Shown here: positions 10,267 through 21,856 of the stretch, in pieces | How the letters are laid out: each line of letters starts with the position of its first letter | Numbering within the stretch: position 1 is the stretch's first letter | Assembly: GCA_963844715.1 (NCBI GenBank) | Contig: CAWJPJ010000008.1 | Span: forward strand, 352,001 to 416,000 | Length of the DNA: 64,000 bases | Reading direction: 5' to 3' | Source of the DNA: an uncultured Phycisphaerales bacterium | GTDB lineage: Bacteria > Planctomycetota > Phycisphaerae > Tepidisphaerales > Tepidisphaeraceae | The notes under the pieces: generated by a model | Databases searched by the model: none | What the model saw: only the letters and a program-made list of their open reading frames with translations | Told to the model about the DNA's origin: nothing | Position numbers and translations under genes: made by a program

Positions 10267-11472
10267 ATGCTTCTGTGGATGATCGTCAAAGTCGCCCTTA
10301 AGAGCCTGTCGGCGAACAAGCTTCGCTCGATGCTGGCGATGCTGGGGATCATCATCGGCGTGGGCGCGGTGATCGCCATGCTGGCGATCGGCGCCGGAGC
10401 CCGCTCGCAGGTGATCGCCCGGTTCACGGCGATGGGGACCAATCTCCTGGTCGTCCGGCCGGGGCAGCGCGCTTATGCCGGAGTCATGAACGGGACGCAG
10501 CAGAATCTCACCGTCGAGGACGCGCAGGATTTGCTGAAACTGGACGGGGTGTCTGCCGTGGCGCCGTCGGTGAGCCGCACGATGCAGATCAAATACCTGG
10601 CGCAGAATGCGCAGACCACCGTGCTGGGGACGTGCGGAGCGTATTTGCCGATCCGCGATTTCCAGATCGGAGAGGGACGGATATTCAGCGAGCAGGACAT
10701 CGATCGCTGGGCGCACGTGGCGGTCCTGGGTCCGGTGACGGTGAACAATCTCTTCGGCGCTTCCGATCCGATCGATCAGGTGATCAAAATCAACGGAATC
10801 AATTTTCGGGTCATCGGCGTGCTCAAGAGCAAGGGGGACCAGGGGTGGTTCAACCCGGACGATCAGATCATCGTCCCCTACACGACGGCGATGCACATTT
10901 TGCTCGGGGTGGTCAACATCCGCGAGATCGACATCCAGGTGGATTCGGCGGACGACGTGGACAACGTCCAGGCCGCGGTCTTCGCGGAAATTCGAAAACT
11001 GCACAAGGTCCAGCCGGGGCAGCCGGACGATGTGGAAATCCGCAACCAGGCGGAGTTTCTGCAAAGCGTGCTGGAGAGCAATCGCACGTTTCAGGTTCTG
11101 CTGGGATCGGTGGCGGGGATCTCGCTGCTGGTGGGCGGGATCGGAATTATGAACATCATGCTGGTGACCGTCACCGAGCGGACGCGCGAGATCGGCATCC
11201 GCAAGGCGATCGGCGCGCGCAATTCCGACATTCTCAGCCAATTCCTGCTCGAGGCCCTGCTGATGAGCGGCGTCGGGGGCTTGATCGGCGCCGGGGCCGG
11301 GGTTGGGACGGCGTGGCTGATCGATAACTTCACCTTCTTCCCCGCGATCGTGCAGTCGTACAGCGTCATGCTTGCGCTGGGCGTGTCTGCGGCGGTGGGG
11401 ATCTTTTTTGGGTATTATCCCGCCATGCGCGCGGCTCGGCTCGACCCGATCGAGGCGCTCCGATATGAATAA
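10267..11472 (+). CDS. MacB/FtsX-like ABC permease
   Basis: LGIIIGV, GGIGIMNIMLVTVTERTREIGIRKAIGA and C-terminal DPIEALRYE. Confidence 0.93.
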   Translation: MLLWMIVKVALKSLSANKLRSMLAMLGIIIGVGAVIAMLAIGAGARSQVIARFTAMGTNLLVVRPGQRAYAGVMNGTQQNLTVEDAQDLLKLDGVSAVAPSVSRTMQIKYLAQNAQTTVLGTCGAYLPIRDFQIGEGRIFSEQDIDRWAHVAVLGPVTVNNLFGASDPIDQVIKINGINFRVIGVLKSKGDQGWFNPDDQIIVPYTTAMHILLGVVNIREIDIQVDSADDVDNVQAAVFAEIRKLHKVQPGQPDDVEIRNQAEFLQSVLESNRTFQVLLGSVAGISLLVGGIGIMNIMLVTVTERTREIGIRKAIGARNSDILSQFLLEALLMSGVGGLIGAGAGVGTAWLIDNFTFFPAIVQSYSVMLALGVSAAVGIFFGYYPAMRAARLDPIEALRYE

Positions 11473-11554
11473 AAAACCAAATGGCCCCCTCCCGTCGTGC
11501 CGAAACCATCGGAAGGAGACAGAGAGCGCTCCCTCGGAGTACCGGCGGAGAGGG

Positions 11555-12967
11555 ATGTCCAATGCAGTGCTCCTGCCGGCGTTTTGCATGTTAATTTTTG
11601 CTGGCGGGTGCGCGATCGATCAAAAGAAGGAAGTATCGATCTACCGCAAGGTGATCGATAACAACACGCCCGCCCCGGCGCGGGTGCAGCCCGGGCAGGT
11701 GGTGACGCTCACGGATGCGCTGGAGCTGGCCAATGAAAATTCCGAGAATCTCAGCGTTCAGGGTGAGAACTATCTGCAATCCCTGATCGACAAGGACAAG
11801 GCGTTCGCCGCGTTTCTCCCGACGCTTAATCTGGCCCCGACGGAGACGCTCACCAACGTCGGCACTCGCACCTGGACCGTCTCCCATGATTTGGAGGTGC
11901 CGATTGACGGGCAGATCAATTTGTTCAACGGGTTTCGAGACTATCACGCTTTGAAGGCGGCCGACGCGACGATTGAACAGCAAAAGCAACTGACTCTGGA
12001 TTTGCAGCAGACCATCCTCCTGGACGTGGCGCAGGCGTACTACCAGACTCTAACGGATGAACAGTCCGTGGAAGTGCTGAGCAATTCGGTTCAGGTTCAG
12101 CAGGCGAATCTGGAAAACATGGAAGCGCAGGCGAAGGTGGGGACGGCTTCCCCGCTGGTGGTGGCGCAGGCGCAATCGGAAGTCTCGCAGACGGTGGTCA
12201 CCCTGAATCAGGCGCGAGCGAGCGTGCGGAACGACCGGGCGATGCTGGCGTATCTGGTGGACGCTCCGATCGAGAGCAATCCCCTGCGCGACGACTTTGA
12301 GCCGCCGGCGGCGGTTCCCTCGTTGACGCAGTATATCTCGCAGGGCGAAGCCGGTCGGCAGGACCTGCTGGCCGCCAACGCGGCGGTGACGTCGGCGCGG
12401 GAAAACGTCGAGGTGCAGGTGGGGCAGTACTATCCCACGCTTACGGTTAATCTGGATTACATTCTTTACGACGAGGCTGTCGAGGGGCAGTCGTGGGAGG
12501 GGCTGATATCGGTGAATCTGCCGATTTATTCGGCTGGGTTGATCCACGCGGATATTCGGACCGCCTGGTCGCAATTCCGCCAGGCGGCGCTGACGCAATC
12601 GCAGCTGCGCCGGCAGATCGACCAGCTCGTCGAAACCGCCTTCACCAACTACGAACTGGCGATGCAGCAATTGGGCGAGTTGCAAGTCGAGGTGAAAGCC
12701 GCCCACGATGCGTATTACTACGCCGATGCGCAATACAAAGCGGGCACGCAGATTTATCTGAACGTCCTGACGGCGCAAAACACACTGCTCACGACGCAGT
12801 TGCAACTCACCGAGGCGCAGTTCAACACCAAGACCGCCTATTTCAATCTGCTGCGGACGATCGGGCGATTGAACATGGCGTCCGCGGTCTCGGCGACGCG
12901 CCCGTCGGAAGAGGAAATCCGCAACCTGGCGACGCAGCCGGCGACTCAGCCGATCTCCGGCAAATGA
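11555..12967 (+). CDS. TolC family outer membrane efflux lipoprotein
   Basis: Lipobox FAGGC and two OEP-like halves. Alternative start at 11465. Confidence 0.88.
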   Translation: MSNAVLLPAFCMLIFAGGCAIDQKKEVSIYRKVIDNNTPAPARVQPGQVVTLTDALELANENSENLSVQGENYLQSLIDKDKAFAAFLPTLNLAPTETLTNVGTRTWTVSHDLEVPIDGQINLFNGFRDYHALKAADATIEQQKQLTLDLQQTILLDVAQAYYQTLTDEQSVEVLSNSVQVQQANLENMEAQAKVGTASPLVVAQAQSEVSQTVVTLNQARASVRNDRAMLAYLVDAPIESNPLRDDFEPPAAVPSLTQYISQGEAGRQDLLAANAAVTSARENVEVQVGQYYPTLTVNLDYILYDEAVEGQSWEGLISVNLPIYSAGLIHADIRTAWSQFRQAALTQSQLRRQIDQLVETAFTNYELAMQQLGELQVEVKAAHDAYYYADAQYKAGTQIYLNVLTAQNTLLTTQLQLTEAQFNTKTAYFNLLRTIGRLNMASAVSATRPSEEEIRNLATQPATQPISGK

Positions 12968-12974
12968 GAACTTC

Positions 12975-14003
12975 GTGAAAAAATTCCGCGCACTGCTTGT
13001 GGGGGCCGGGGAGATGGGAAGGCACTGGGCGCGGAACCTTCGCGATTGTCCGGAAGTAAAAACGGCCGGGTGGATGGACATCCGCCCCGGCGCGGCGGCG
13101 ACCGCAATCGAGGAACTCAAACTTACCAGCGTCGAGGCGTATGACGATCTGCCCAAAGCCCTGCGGGAATTGAAGCCGGATTTTTTGGTGGATGTGACGG
13201 TGCCTGCGGCGCATTGTCCGGTGACGCTTGCCGCCCTCGAGGCGGGCGTGCCCGTGCTGGGGGAAAAGCCGATGGCGGATTCGATGGAATCCGCGAGGAA
13301 GATGGTGCGGGCCAGCGAAAAGGCGGGGAAACTTTATATGGTCAGCCAAAGCCGGCGCTATGACGCCGGGGCGATCGCGTTTGGGGAACTAATTCGTGCG
13401 CACGTCGGGAAGCTGGGAATCCTCAACAGCGATTTCTATCTGGGGGCTCATTTCAACGGGTTTCGCGCCGAAATGAAAAGCGTGCTACTGATGGACATGG
13501 CCATTCACACATTCGACTCGGCGCGGCAAATCAGCGGGACCGATCCGGTCTCCGTCTACTGCGAGGAATACCTACCCGAATGGAGCTGGCACAAAGGTGC
13601 GGATACGGCCGTCGCTCTCTTCGAGATGACCGGGGGCTTGAGATACACCTACCGCGGAAGCTGGTGCGCGGAGGGCCTCACGACAAGCTGGGAAGCAGAT
13701 TGGCGGGCGTATGGCCCGGGCGGCGGGGCGACGTGGGACGGCAAATCGCCGCCGGTGGCGGGAATCGTCCGGGGCGAATCGGGCATGGTGCGGGAGGCGG
13801 AAACGATTATCGCGAAAATTCCGGAATTGAAATATGGCGGAATCGCCGGGTCTTTGCGGGAATTTCTGGAGGCGCTGCGCACAGGCGACAGACCGCAGGG
13901 GGAATGTCACGACAACATCAAAAGCCTGGCGATGGTCTTCGCGGCCGTTGAATCGGCGCGAGCGGGCGGACGCGCGGCGGTGTTATGTTCCGCGCGGCGC
14001 TGA
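12975..14003 (+). CDS. Gfo/Idh/MocA family oxidoreductase
   Basis: VGAGEMG, EKPMA and DMAIHTFD. Confidence 0.9.
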   Translation: MKKFRALLVGAGEMGRHWARNLRDCPEVKTAGWMDIRPGAAATAIEELKLTSVEAYDDLPKALRELKPDFLVDVTVPAAHCPVTLAALEAGVPVLGEKPMADSMESARKMVRASEKAGKLYMVSQSRRYDAGAIAFGELIRAHVGKLGILNSDFYLGAHFNGFRAEMKSVLLMDMAIHTFDSARQISGTDPVSVYCEEYLPEWSWHKGADTAVALFEMTGGLRYTYRGSWCAEGLTTSWEADWRAYGPGGGATWDGKSPPVAGIVRGESGMVREAETIIAKIPELKYGGIAGSLREFLEALRTGDRPQGECHDNIKSLAMVFAAVESARAGGRAAVLCSARR

Positions 14004-14374
14004 GATGAGGAGGAAGAATTTTCGGCGCGGGCGGCGGAAAATTGGACAAAAGTTGACACTTTTGAAGTGGATGGGGGTTGGGGTGGCCTGGGGCAGATGG
14101 GCGCTGGTATTTATTGAATATTCAACGGACGGGGCGATTGAACCGCAGAGCGGGTATGTTCTTTTTCGAGTTTTTCCCAAGTTGAGGTTTGGGTTCCAAT
14201 GGGCGCTGGTTTTGGCCATTTGGACCACGTTGCTGCCGGAGGTCATTGCACGAGTGATCTTCGAAGGTGGAACGAAACTCGCCGCCTGAGGCTGTCGCAG
14301 CCATCGACTAGTTTTGAGGATATCTCCGACCCGACACAAAATCCCCCGAGCCCATTTTATTGTTTATTATTAAC

Positions 14375-14402
14375 TTGACTTGTCTGGATTGGTTTGTACC
14401 AT
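14375..14402 (+). promoter_or_regulatory. Candidate sigma70 promoter of the giant surface-protein gene
   Basis: TTGACT-16 bp-TACCAT in an AT-rich intergenic region; RBS ggagggag lies before ATG 14532. Confidence 0.35.
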
Positions 14403-14531
14403 ATTTACTTGTCATCAGTCGTAGAATATTAAGCAATTCAGGGGCGAGACGCCAAGAGTTGTTCGCACTTCTGAAGTTACTGCTATTCCCCAAGACATAA
14501 TGGTGCGATCGTTCCTTGGACGGAGGGAGCC

Positions 14532-17500
14532 ATGTCCATCGGTAGCGATCCGGGTTGTCGTCGGCGATCACGGCGTTCGAGTTTGCATCTTGCCAAAGCG
14601 ATTGTTGAGGCGCTCGAATCGCGTCTTCTTCTTTCCTACGTTGTCAATACCATCAGCGATCAGCTCGACGCGAGCACGTCTCCAACGGTATCTCTTCGTG
14701 ATGCGGTCAATCGAGCGAATGCGGCCGGAGGCAACCAAACAATTACATTTGATTCGAGCGTTTTCACGCCGGGGACGATGCACACGATTACTTTGGCCAC
14801 GGGGACTGGCTTCGGCTCGCTGGTGCTTGACGACACGACGCTCACCTTAGAAGGACCAGGGGCCGGAACACTGTCAATCAATTCCGGTGGAACTTTCCGA
14901 GATATCGCTGTCGATCGGAATTCGAAGGCGGTCATTGAAGGCCTAACTGTCACCGGCGGGGGCATCGTCAATGGGGGCACACTCCAGATCAACAATTCCA
15001 CAATTAGCGGAAACTCTGTTGCCGGGGTGAGCAACGGTGGCGGAATAAAAAATTACTACGGCAGTCTCACGATCTTCAACTCTTATATTCATGATAACGT
15101 TTGCGGGTCATATGGCGGTGGAATTTTCAATAGCCACGGGAGTCCACTCACCATTGCCTCGTGTACCATCACGGGCAACACGGCCGACCTTGGTGGCGGC
15201 GGCATTTACAGCAGCGGAACCCTGGATGTCTACGATAACACTGTAATTAGCGGCAATGACGGAATTGGAAGCGGCGGTGGCGTCTTTGTATACAACGGTA
15301 CCGCCGAAATTTCCCACACGACAGTAAGCGGAAATACAACGAATTCCGGTTCTGGCGCCGGAATCCGCAATCAATTTGGGGACCTGACTGTTACAGACTG
15401 CACCATTACCGGAAATAGCTGCGAAAGCGGCGGTGGAGGAATCGGTAACGACGGCGGAACTCTTCAAGCCTACGGATCGATAATCGAGAACAACGTCGCC
15501 CAGTTTGATGGAGGCGGCATCGAGAATCTCAGCTATTACGCCAGCAACATCAGCGATTGCACGATCACCGGAAACACCACCGGTTACAGCGGCGGCGGGA
15601 TATTCACAGCCGGAGGACCCTTGTATGTTTCCGGCACGGAAATTGAGCACAATGCCGCGCAATATGGCGGCGGCGGTATAGGCAACATTGGCACAGCGAC
15701 GTTGACGAATTCCACCGTCAGTTACAACTCCGCCGAGCACAGCGGGGGAGGGATCGGGAACGGCGGCTCACTGACCGTGTCAGGAACGGCCGTCGACGAC
15801 AACACATCCTCGTCGGGGGGAGGAATTAGCAGGCGCAGTCTCCGTTACTGCTCAATTCGATTGTCAGCGGGGGCTTCGGCCGAGCGAACTTGGGCCGGCA
15901 GGCGTTCGGGGCCGATGCAGGCGAAGCGTATCTGAATATCAGCGATTCCACGATCACCGGAAATTTCTCAACTGGTGGCGGCGGCGGGTTGTATCTCGAC
16001 GGGGATTCATACTCGGCCATCTCAGAGTCCACGATCAGCAATAACTCGGCCCATTGGTCCGGCGGCGGCATCGATAGTGCGAACTGGGCGTCGGAACTCA
16101 ATCTCTCAGACTGCACGATTAGCGGCAACATCAGCGAAAGCGGTAACGGCGGCGGCTTGTATACCTATGGCGGCACCACAACAATTTCGTATTCGCTGTT
16201 CGATGCGAACACGGTAGCCAGCAGGCTGCGCTATGGTGGCGGCGTCGCGAACTTCAACGGCGGCACGCTTACTATTACCAATTCCACGATCGCGCAAAAT
16301 CGGGCTTATGGCGGCGCAGGCATCGATAGCGATTGTGGGACCGCCACCGTTGAAGATTCCACAATTTGGGATAACACCACCTCGATGGAACAGTTCGCGG
16401 GCGGCATATATGACAATTCCAGCAACGGTTCGAACTGCGTTCTGGAAGGCGATATTGTCGGAGACAATCTTCTCGCCGGCAACAATGCCGAATGCGATCT
16501 ATCGGGCGGAGCGTTTACCGGCCAGGACAATCTGATCGGCGACGGATCCGGCGGGCTATCCGCGGCCGCAAATCTCACCGGAATACCGAATATGTCGCCA
16601 TTGGGTTACTACGGCGGTCCAACCGAAACGTATGTGCCCCTGCCGATGACCGGGGGTAATCCGGCCATGGGAAATGGATATCCCGACTCTGCCGCGACCT
16701 TCGATCAGCGGGGCTTCCCCCGATCGACTTCCCATCCTGATATCGGAGCCTTTCAGTCTCAACCCGAACCGATCGTCGTCACTACCCTCGAGGATGCCTG
16801 GCCTGTCGATCCGGGCAATATGTCCTTGCGCGACGCGATCAACCTTGCCAACGTTCTGAAAGGCAACCAGACCATTGCTTTTGCGCCGGAGCTAACTGGA
16901 ACAACGACGCTGACGCTCGGGCAATTCGAGCTGGATGACCCCACGGGCACGATTACGATCGATGGACCGGGCATAAATGATCTGACGGTCGACGCAAATG
17001 GCGCCCGCGCGTTCGTGGTTGACGCCGGTACCGGTGTCGTTCTCGACGACATGAAGATTACGGGTGGCGCAGGCGACGCGTGGCGGCGCGATCGAGAACC
17101 TTGGCACGCTTTCGATAAGTGATTGTGTGATTTCCGGCAGTACCGCATCCCACTCCGGCGGCGGTGTCTACAACTCCGGAACCTTAAGCCTCTATGGAGT
17201 AACCATCCAGTCGAATATCGCCGCTTACGGCGGAGGGATTTTCAACTCCGCAACATGCACGATCTCCAGCAGTTCCACTGTAACCGACAACTCGGCTTCC
17301 AAAACCGGCGGCGGAATCTACTCCAGCGGTGCCCTGACCGTTACCAGTTCCACGATTTCGGGAAACACGGGCCTGTTCAGCGGTGGCGGCATCTACAATT
17401 ACTACAACTATCACACCCATATGTCCGGCACAGGGGTCGTAAATATGTCCGGTAGCACGATCAAATACAATACCACAACGCAAGTTTACCGTGCAGGCGG

Positions 17501-20500
17501 ACTTGGCGACGGGTATGGTGGCGGGATCGAGAACTCCGCCGGGGCGGTCACGATTACCAGTTCCACGTTCTATGGCAATTTCGCGTATCAAGAAGGCGGG
17601 GCGATTTTTACCGGATCACAGGACTTCGGCCACATCATTTCGACGTATAACGGTTCGGTTACCATTTCCGGCACTGAAGTCGATCAGTCGAGTTTCACCG
17701 ACAACGTGGGTCGCGATGGGTTTGAGAACGGGGGCGGGGCGCAATATTCAGCAAGGAGAGCACCGTTACCGTTTCCTACTCGACCTTCACGGGCAACACC
17801 GCGCTCAACGTGAGCGGGGGATATGGCGGAGCCATTTACGCAGGTTCCAAGGGCTCGCTTTACGTCGGCTTTTCCACATTCCTAAATAATTTCGCTGAGC
17901 AGGGTTTGGAAAATGGCCAAGCGGTGTGTGCCGCGTGTACGACGACCATCACCAACTCCGTCGTCCAAGACAACGGGGGTGGGGACGGAGGGGGCCCAGC
18001 GATCAGCGCGGGACCGGACCTGACATTGGATAAGTGCACCATCGAAAATAACAACGGCGCGGGTGTATACGATGAAGTGAGCTTTGTCATCGAAAACTGC
18101 CTGATCCAGGGAAACACCGGCGGGGACGGAGGCGTGTTTGTCTCCGGGGAAGGGGAAATATCGAATTCAGTGATTACTCAAAACTCCTCGACGGATTCCG
18201 GAGGCGGTATTGATATTGATACGGGCGGCGAAGGTCCGACTCCGAACATCGTTATTGAGGACTCGACAATTTCGTATAACACCGCAGCGAACCATGGCGG
18301 AGGAATCGACGGGGGAGGGGATTTAGCGGTGGTGAATTCCACGATAACAGGAAATGTCGCACGCGAGGGGGGCGGAGTTTATGGCGCGGGCTATTGTGTG
18401 CTCACCGACTCGACGATCTCCGGCAACACCGTGACGGGCGGGACCGGAGGGGGCTTTAGTTTCAACGCGCACTACAATTATGTCACCCACACGACCAGTC
18501 CGCCGCCGACAATCAACGGGACGATCGTTTCCGGGAATACCGGCGGTGATTTTTATGGCACGCAATACACTGCCGGGGACGACATTTTCAACGGAACCAA
18601 TAACCTCATTGGCGGAAATGCGCTGCTGGCGGGGCTGGGCACCTATGGGACTTCAATCACCGCCGGATCGAGCGTCGGCGGGTCGACGCCTCAATACGTT
18701 GAAACGATGGCTTTGCTGCCGGGGTCGCCGGCGCTGGACGCGGGCGGCGTCTTTGACGATGAGAGCGGGAATCCGATTACGACCGATGTGCGTGGCGTGA
18801 GCCGCGATCCCGCTGAGGGATCATCCGACATCGGAGCGTTTCAGAGTCAAGGATTTAATGTCACCATTACCGAGGGAAACGGTCAAAGCGCGGCGGTGAA
18901 TACGCCGTTCTCAAGCGCCTTGGCCGTCCAGGTCACCTCCAACGATCCGAATTTCACGAACCTGACCGGTGGAATTGTGACGTTCAGTGCGCCCAGCAGC
19001 GGAGCCGGCGCCGTTCTGGGTACGAACCAGATCATCGATGCGGCCACGATCAATAATGCGAGCGGAGACGTTAGTGTCCCCGCGGAGGCCGACGATACAC
19101 CTGATGCGCCGGGAAATTACAACGTGACCGCCAGCGCGACGCCGATGGCGACGTCGTCTTACACGAACTTCACGTTAACCAATATGGGATCGCTGCCGGT
19201 AGGCCTACCCACGGTCTCAATATCAGGAGCCTCTTCGGTAAACGTTGGTGCGTCGTACACACTAACACTGAACACCAGCAGTACGAGTTCGCTGACCTGG
19301 ACGATCAATTGGGGCGATGGGAGCCCGGACACGGTTTACCCCTATCCTTACGGCGAAAATACGCCGACGCAGACGCACACCTATACCTTTACGTCGACGT
19401 CCAATTTCATCATTACGGCGACGGCGACGGACGGGACGAATATGTACGCGGCGGGCACGCAGGCAGTTCAAGTGACGCAGCCGCGGGCAGGTGGATGGCC
19501 GTCACAACCTCCGACACCGACGGGGCTTCAAATTATTCAGGCCATACCAGGAGAGATTGACATCTCGTGGATCGGAAGTAGTGACCCAAACGTTGTGGGG
19601 TACAACGTGTATGTATCCCCAGAGGCGAATTTCCCGCTCTCGCCGGGTAACCTGATCGCAAGCGACGTGACGACGGCTGGCTACACGGACAATTTCAATT
19701 CTGCTCCCGACGTAACTTGGTATTACGAGGTGACCGCGGTCACCAAGTCGGCACAAGAATCAGCCCCATCAGCGTGCGTTGGAGCAATGATGCCGACGAA
19801 CTTACCTGCGGATTACCAGGAGCCTGGGGTCGATGGGAGTGAGCCGGCCGACGCTGGCGACATCGGAGACAGTGAATCAACAGTCGGCCCAGATACAGGG
19901 ACCGAGAAGGATTTGCTGGCATTCTACGGGTTGAATTTTGGAAATGGCAATCCCGCGGTGACGCCCACCGTTGGTAATGCATACTTGGACGAGATAGTAG
20001 ATTACGGAAATTTTGGAATCAATGGCTATGGCCTTCGCGACTACGGTTACAATCTGGTCGGCAGCCGCATCTTTGCGGACTACGAGTGGCAGCAAGCCGA
20101 AATGGCCGTCATTTCAATACTCGATCCGACTGACACAAAAGTTATAACTCCAACTCAAATTGCGGCGCACCAGATTTACGTACTTGCGTACAGCTGGGGG
20201 GCGATTACTGCCGCGAATGTCACCGAGGATCTAGCTAAGCCGGATTCGGATTTGTTCGGTGTGCGCACTTCCGGACCCGTGCGCGGCCAATTCGTAGTCA
20301 ATAACGGATGGGACCTCGAAGCACCGGTGCAAATTCAAGTGTTTGACGCCATCGACCCGGTAACGTCGGCGTTTCTCGTCTCGGGTCTTATCCGCTTCAC
20401 GGGCCCGCTCGATTCCAACGTAATCAACTTCAATGATTATTACCAGCAATCGGGAATAACGTCGAATTTCGACGTAGAGGACCCATTCGGGACCTCGCTC

Positions 20501-20797
20501 GGTACGGGCCAAATCGGCAGATTTTTCCCCGATGATATGATCGGCGGTAATACACTCGCTTGCGCACAGTCGATCATTCAGGACCAAGAGAACGTAAACA
20601 CGAGCCCCGAATTTTCGACTCTGGACCTTTGCGCTCCATACGACCAATCGTCTACCCCGTTTTATGAATTTATAGATCTCCCTGGCGACGAGGTTAACCA
20701 TGATACGATTGTGGCATATTGTTATCAGCTGGTGTATTTCGACTTTGGGGTTGCCCTTCCCAGTCCCGGGACATTCCCACAGCAATTCCCGCTGTAG
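14532..20797 (+). CDS. Giant (~2,090 aa) surface protein with C-terminal alpha/beta-hydrolase tip; split by frameshifts into ORFs 14532-15935, 15890-17122, 17064-17813 and 17810-20797
   Basis: Order: VEALESRLLLS (LEPR-XLL-like), two SLRDA (CSLREA-like) modules with GGGI/ISGN beta-helix repeats ending in DxRG..DIGAFQ (choice-of-anchor-Q-like), Ig-like, WTINWGDG (PKD-like), Fn3, then AYSWGA / AIDPV / NHDTI. Confidence 0.8.
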
Positions 20798-21233
20798 AGC
20801 GGTAGCGATTGCGACTTTGTTAGTAGGGTTATGCACGGGTTGCACGGGATACCCGACCCGCGAAGGCACATGGCGAGGGTATGTATTTGTACAGGAATTT
20901 GGAGATAACCAGACTAAATTGCGATTATATAAAATGCGAATAGAGGAAGGACCTCGTGAGCCATCTATGGAACCTGAGGCCCTGGCGGACGAAGATAAAA
21001 AACGGAATCCGGCCTGGTATTCGCCGGTTCTAAGCAACGAGGACTTTGTTGCGTTGGATCTCGGTGACATTCCTCCCGATGAATTAATTACAGTTAGCGG
21101 AGAATACTGCTCTGGCGCGGGGGAATATGTTTACGGAACGCTTCTCGGACGCGAGGTTGGGATCCATGTGATTCGCGTTCATAAGATGTGGGACCGCCAC
21201 GACGAGCGCCTTCCACTTCATCCTATGAATTAG
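20700..21233 (+). CDS. Small putative lipoprotein, candidate immunity protein for the main tip
   Basis: Directly after (overlapping) the giant gene, visibly lower GC, AVAIATLLVGLCTGC signal/lipobox-like stretch. Start is uncertain. Confidence 0.55.
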   Translation: MIRLWHIVISWCISTLGLPFPVPGHSHSNSRCRAVAIATLLVGLCTGCTGYPTREGTWRGYVFVQEFGDNQTKLRLYKMRIEEGPREPSMEPEALADEDKKRNPAWYSPVLSNEDFVALDLGDIPPDELITVSGEYCSGAGEYVYGTLLGREVGIHVIRVHKMWDRHDERLPLHPMN

Positions 21234-21250
21234 TTTGGTGGAAAATGGGA

Positions 21251-21278
21251 AAACGAAACCAGGACGCAGCTAGATAGC
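21251..21278 (+). repeat. Direct repeat copy 1 (partner 35351-35378)
   Basis: aaacgaaaccaggacgcagctagatagc versus aaatgaaaccgggacgcagctagatagc, 26/28 identical. Confidence 0.8.
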
Positions 21279-21856
21279 AATTTATAGCTACTGATGCGAC
21301 TGACAACACCGCCCGCAATATGGGGCGCGGTACTGGCGGCTAGCGCGGTGATTCCTGCCCCGATCCGAATGGCAGCGATGGATATGGCGGGGCAGTGTAT
21401 GCCGCAACGCTTGCCAACAAAGGTTCGCTTACCATTACGGGCTCCGTCTTCACCAACAATTTAAGCAACGCGGGGGGCGAGGCAATCGGCGACACATGTA
21501 CCTCTTGTACGATTACCGGATGCACGATCAGCGGGAATACGGAAAGCGGCATCTGGGCCACGGGTGCATTAAACCTGTACAGCTGCACCATCGAGGACAA
21601 CTACGGCGGCAACGGTGGCGGCGTCGATGAGCTCGGTGGGTACCTATTAATGAAAAATTGTCTGGTCGAAGGAAACACGGGGACCGGCGGTGGCCTCTCC
21701 ATTTCAAGCAGTCTCATCGAGAATTCGATCATCGCCGACTGTCAGCGGGCGCACAAAACCGGCCACTGAGGGGCGCGCCAAAACCGGCCATTTTGAAGCA
21801 CAGGAGATTCGATCATTACCGTTGGTTCCCGGTTCTAACCGGGAGACGACGGCACG

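Noticed and set aside
7620..12967. Efflux operon as the secretion system for the giant protein
   Set aside because: It is MacAB-TolC type with its own TetR, not an HlyB-type exporter, and the giant protein shows no RTX repeats; adjacency alone is weak evidence.
14003..14531. Short ORFs in the AT-rich gap
   Set aside because: No motifs; better explained as the promoter region of the giant gene.
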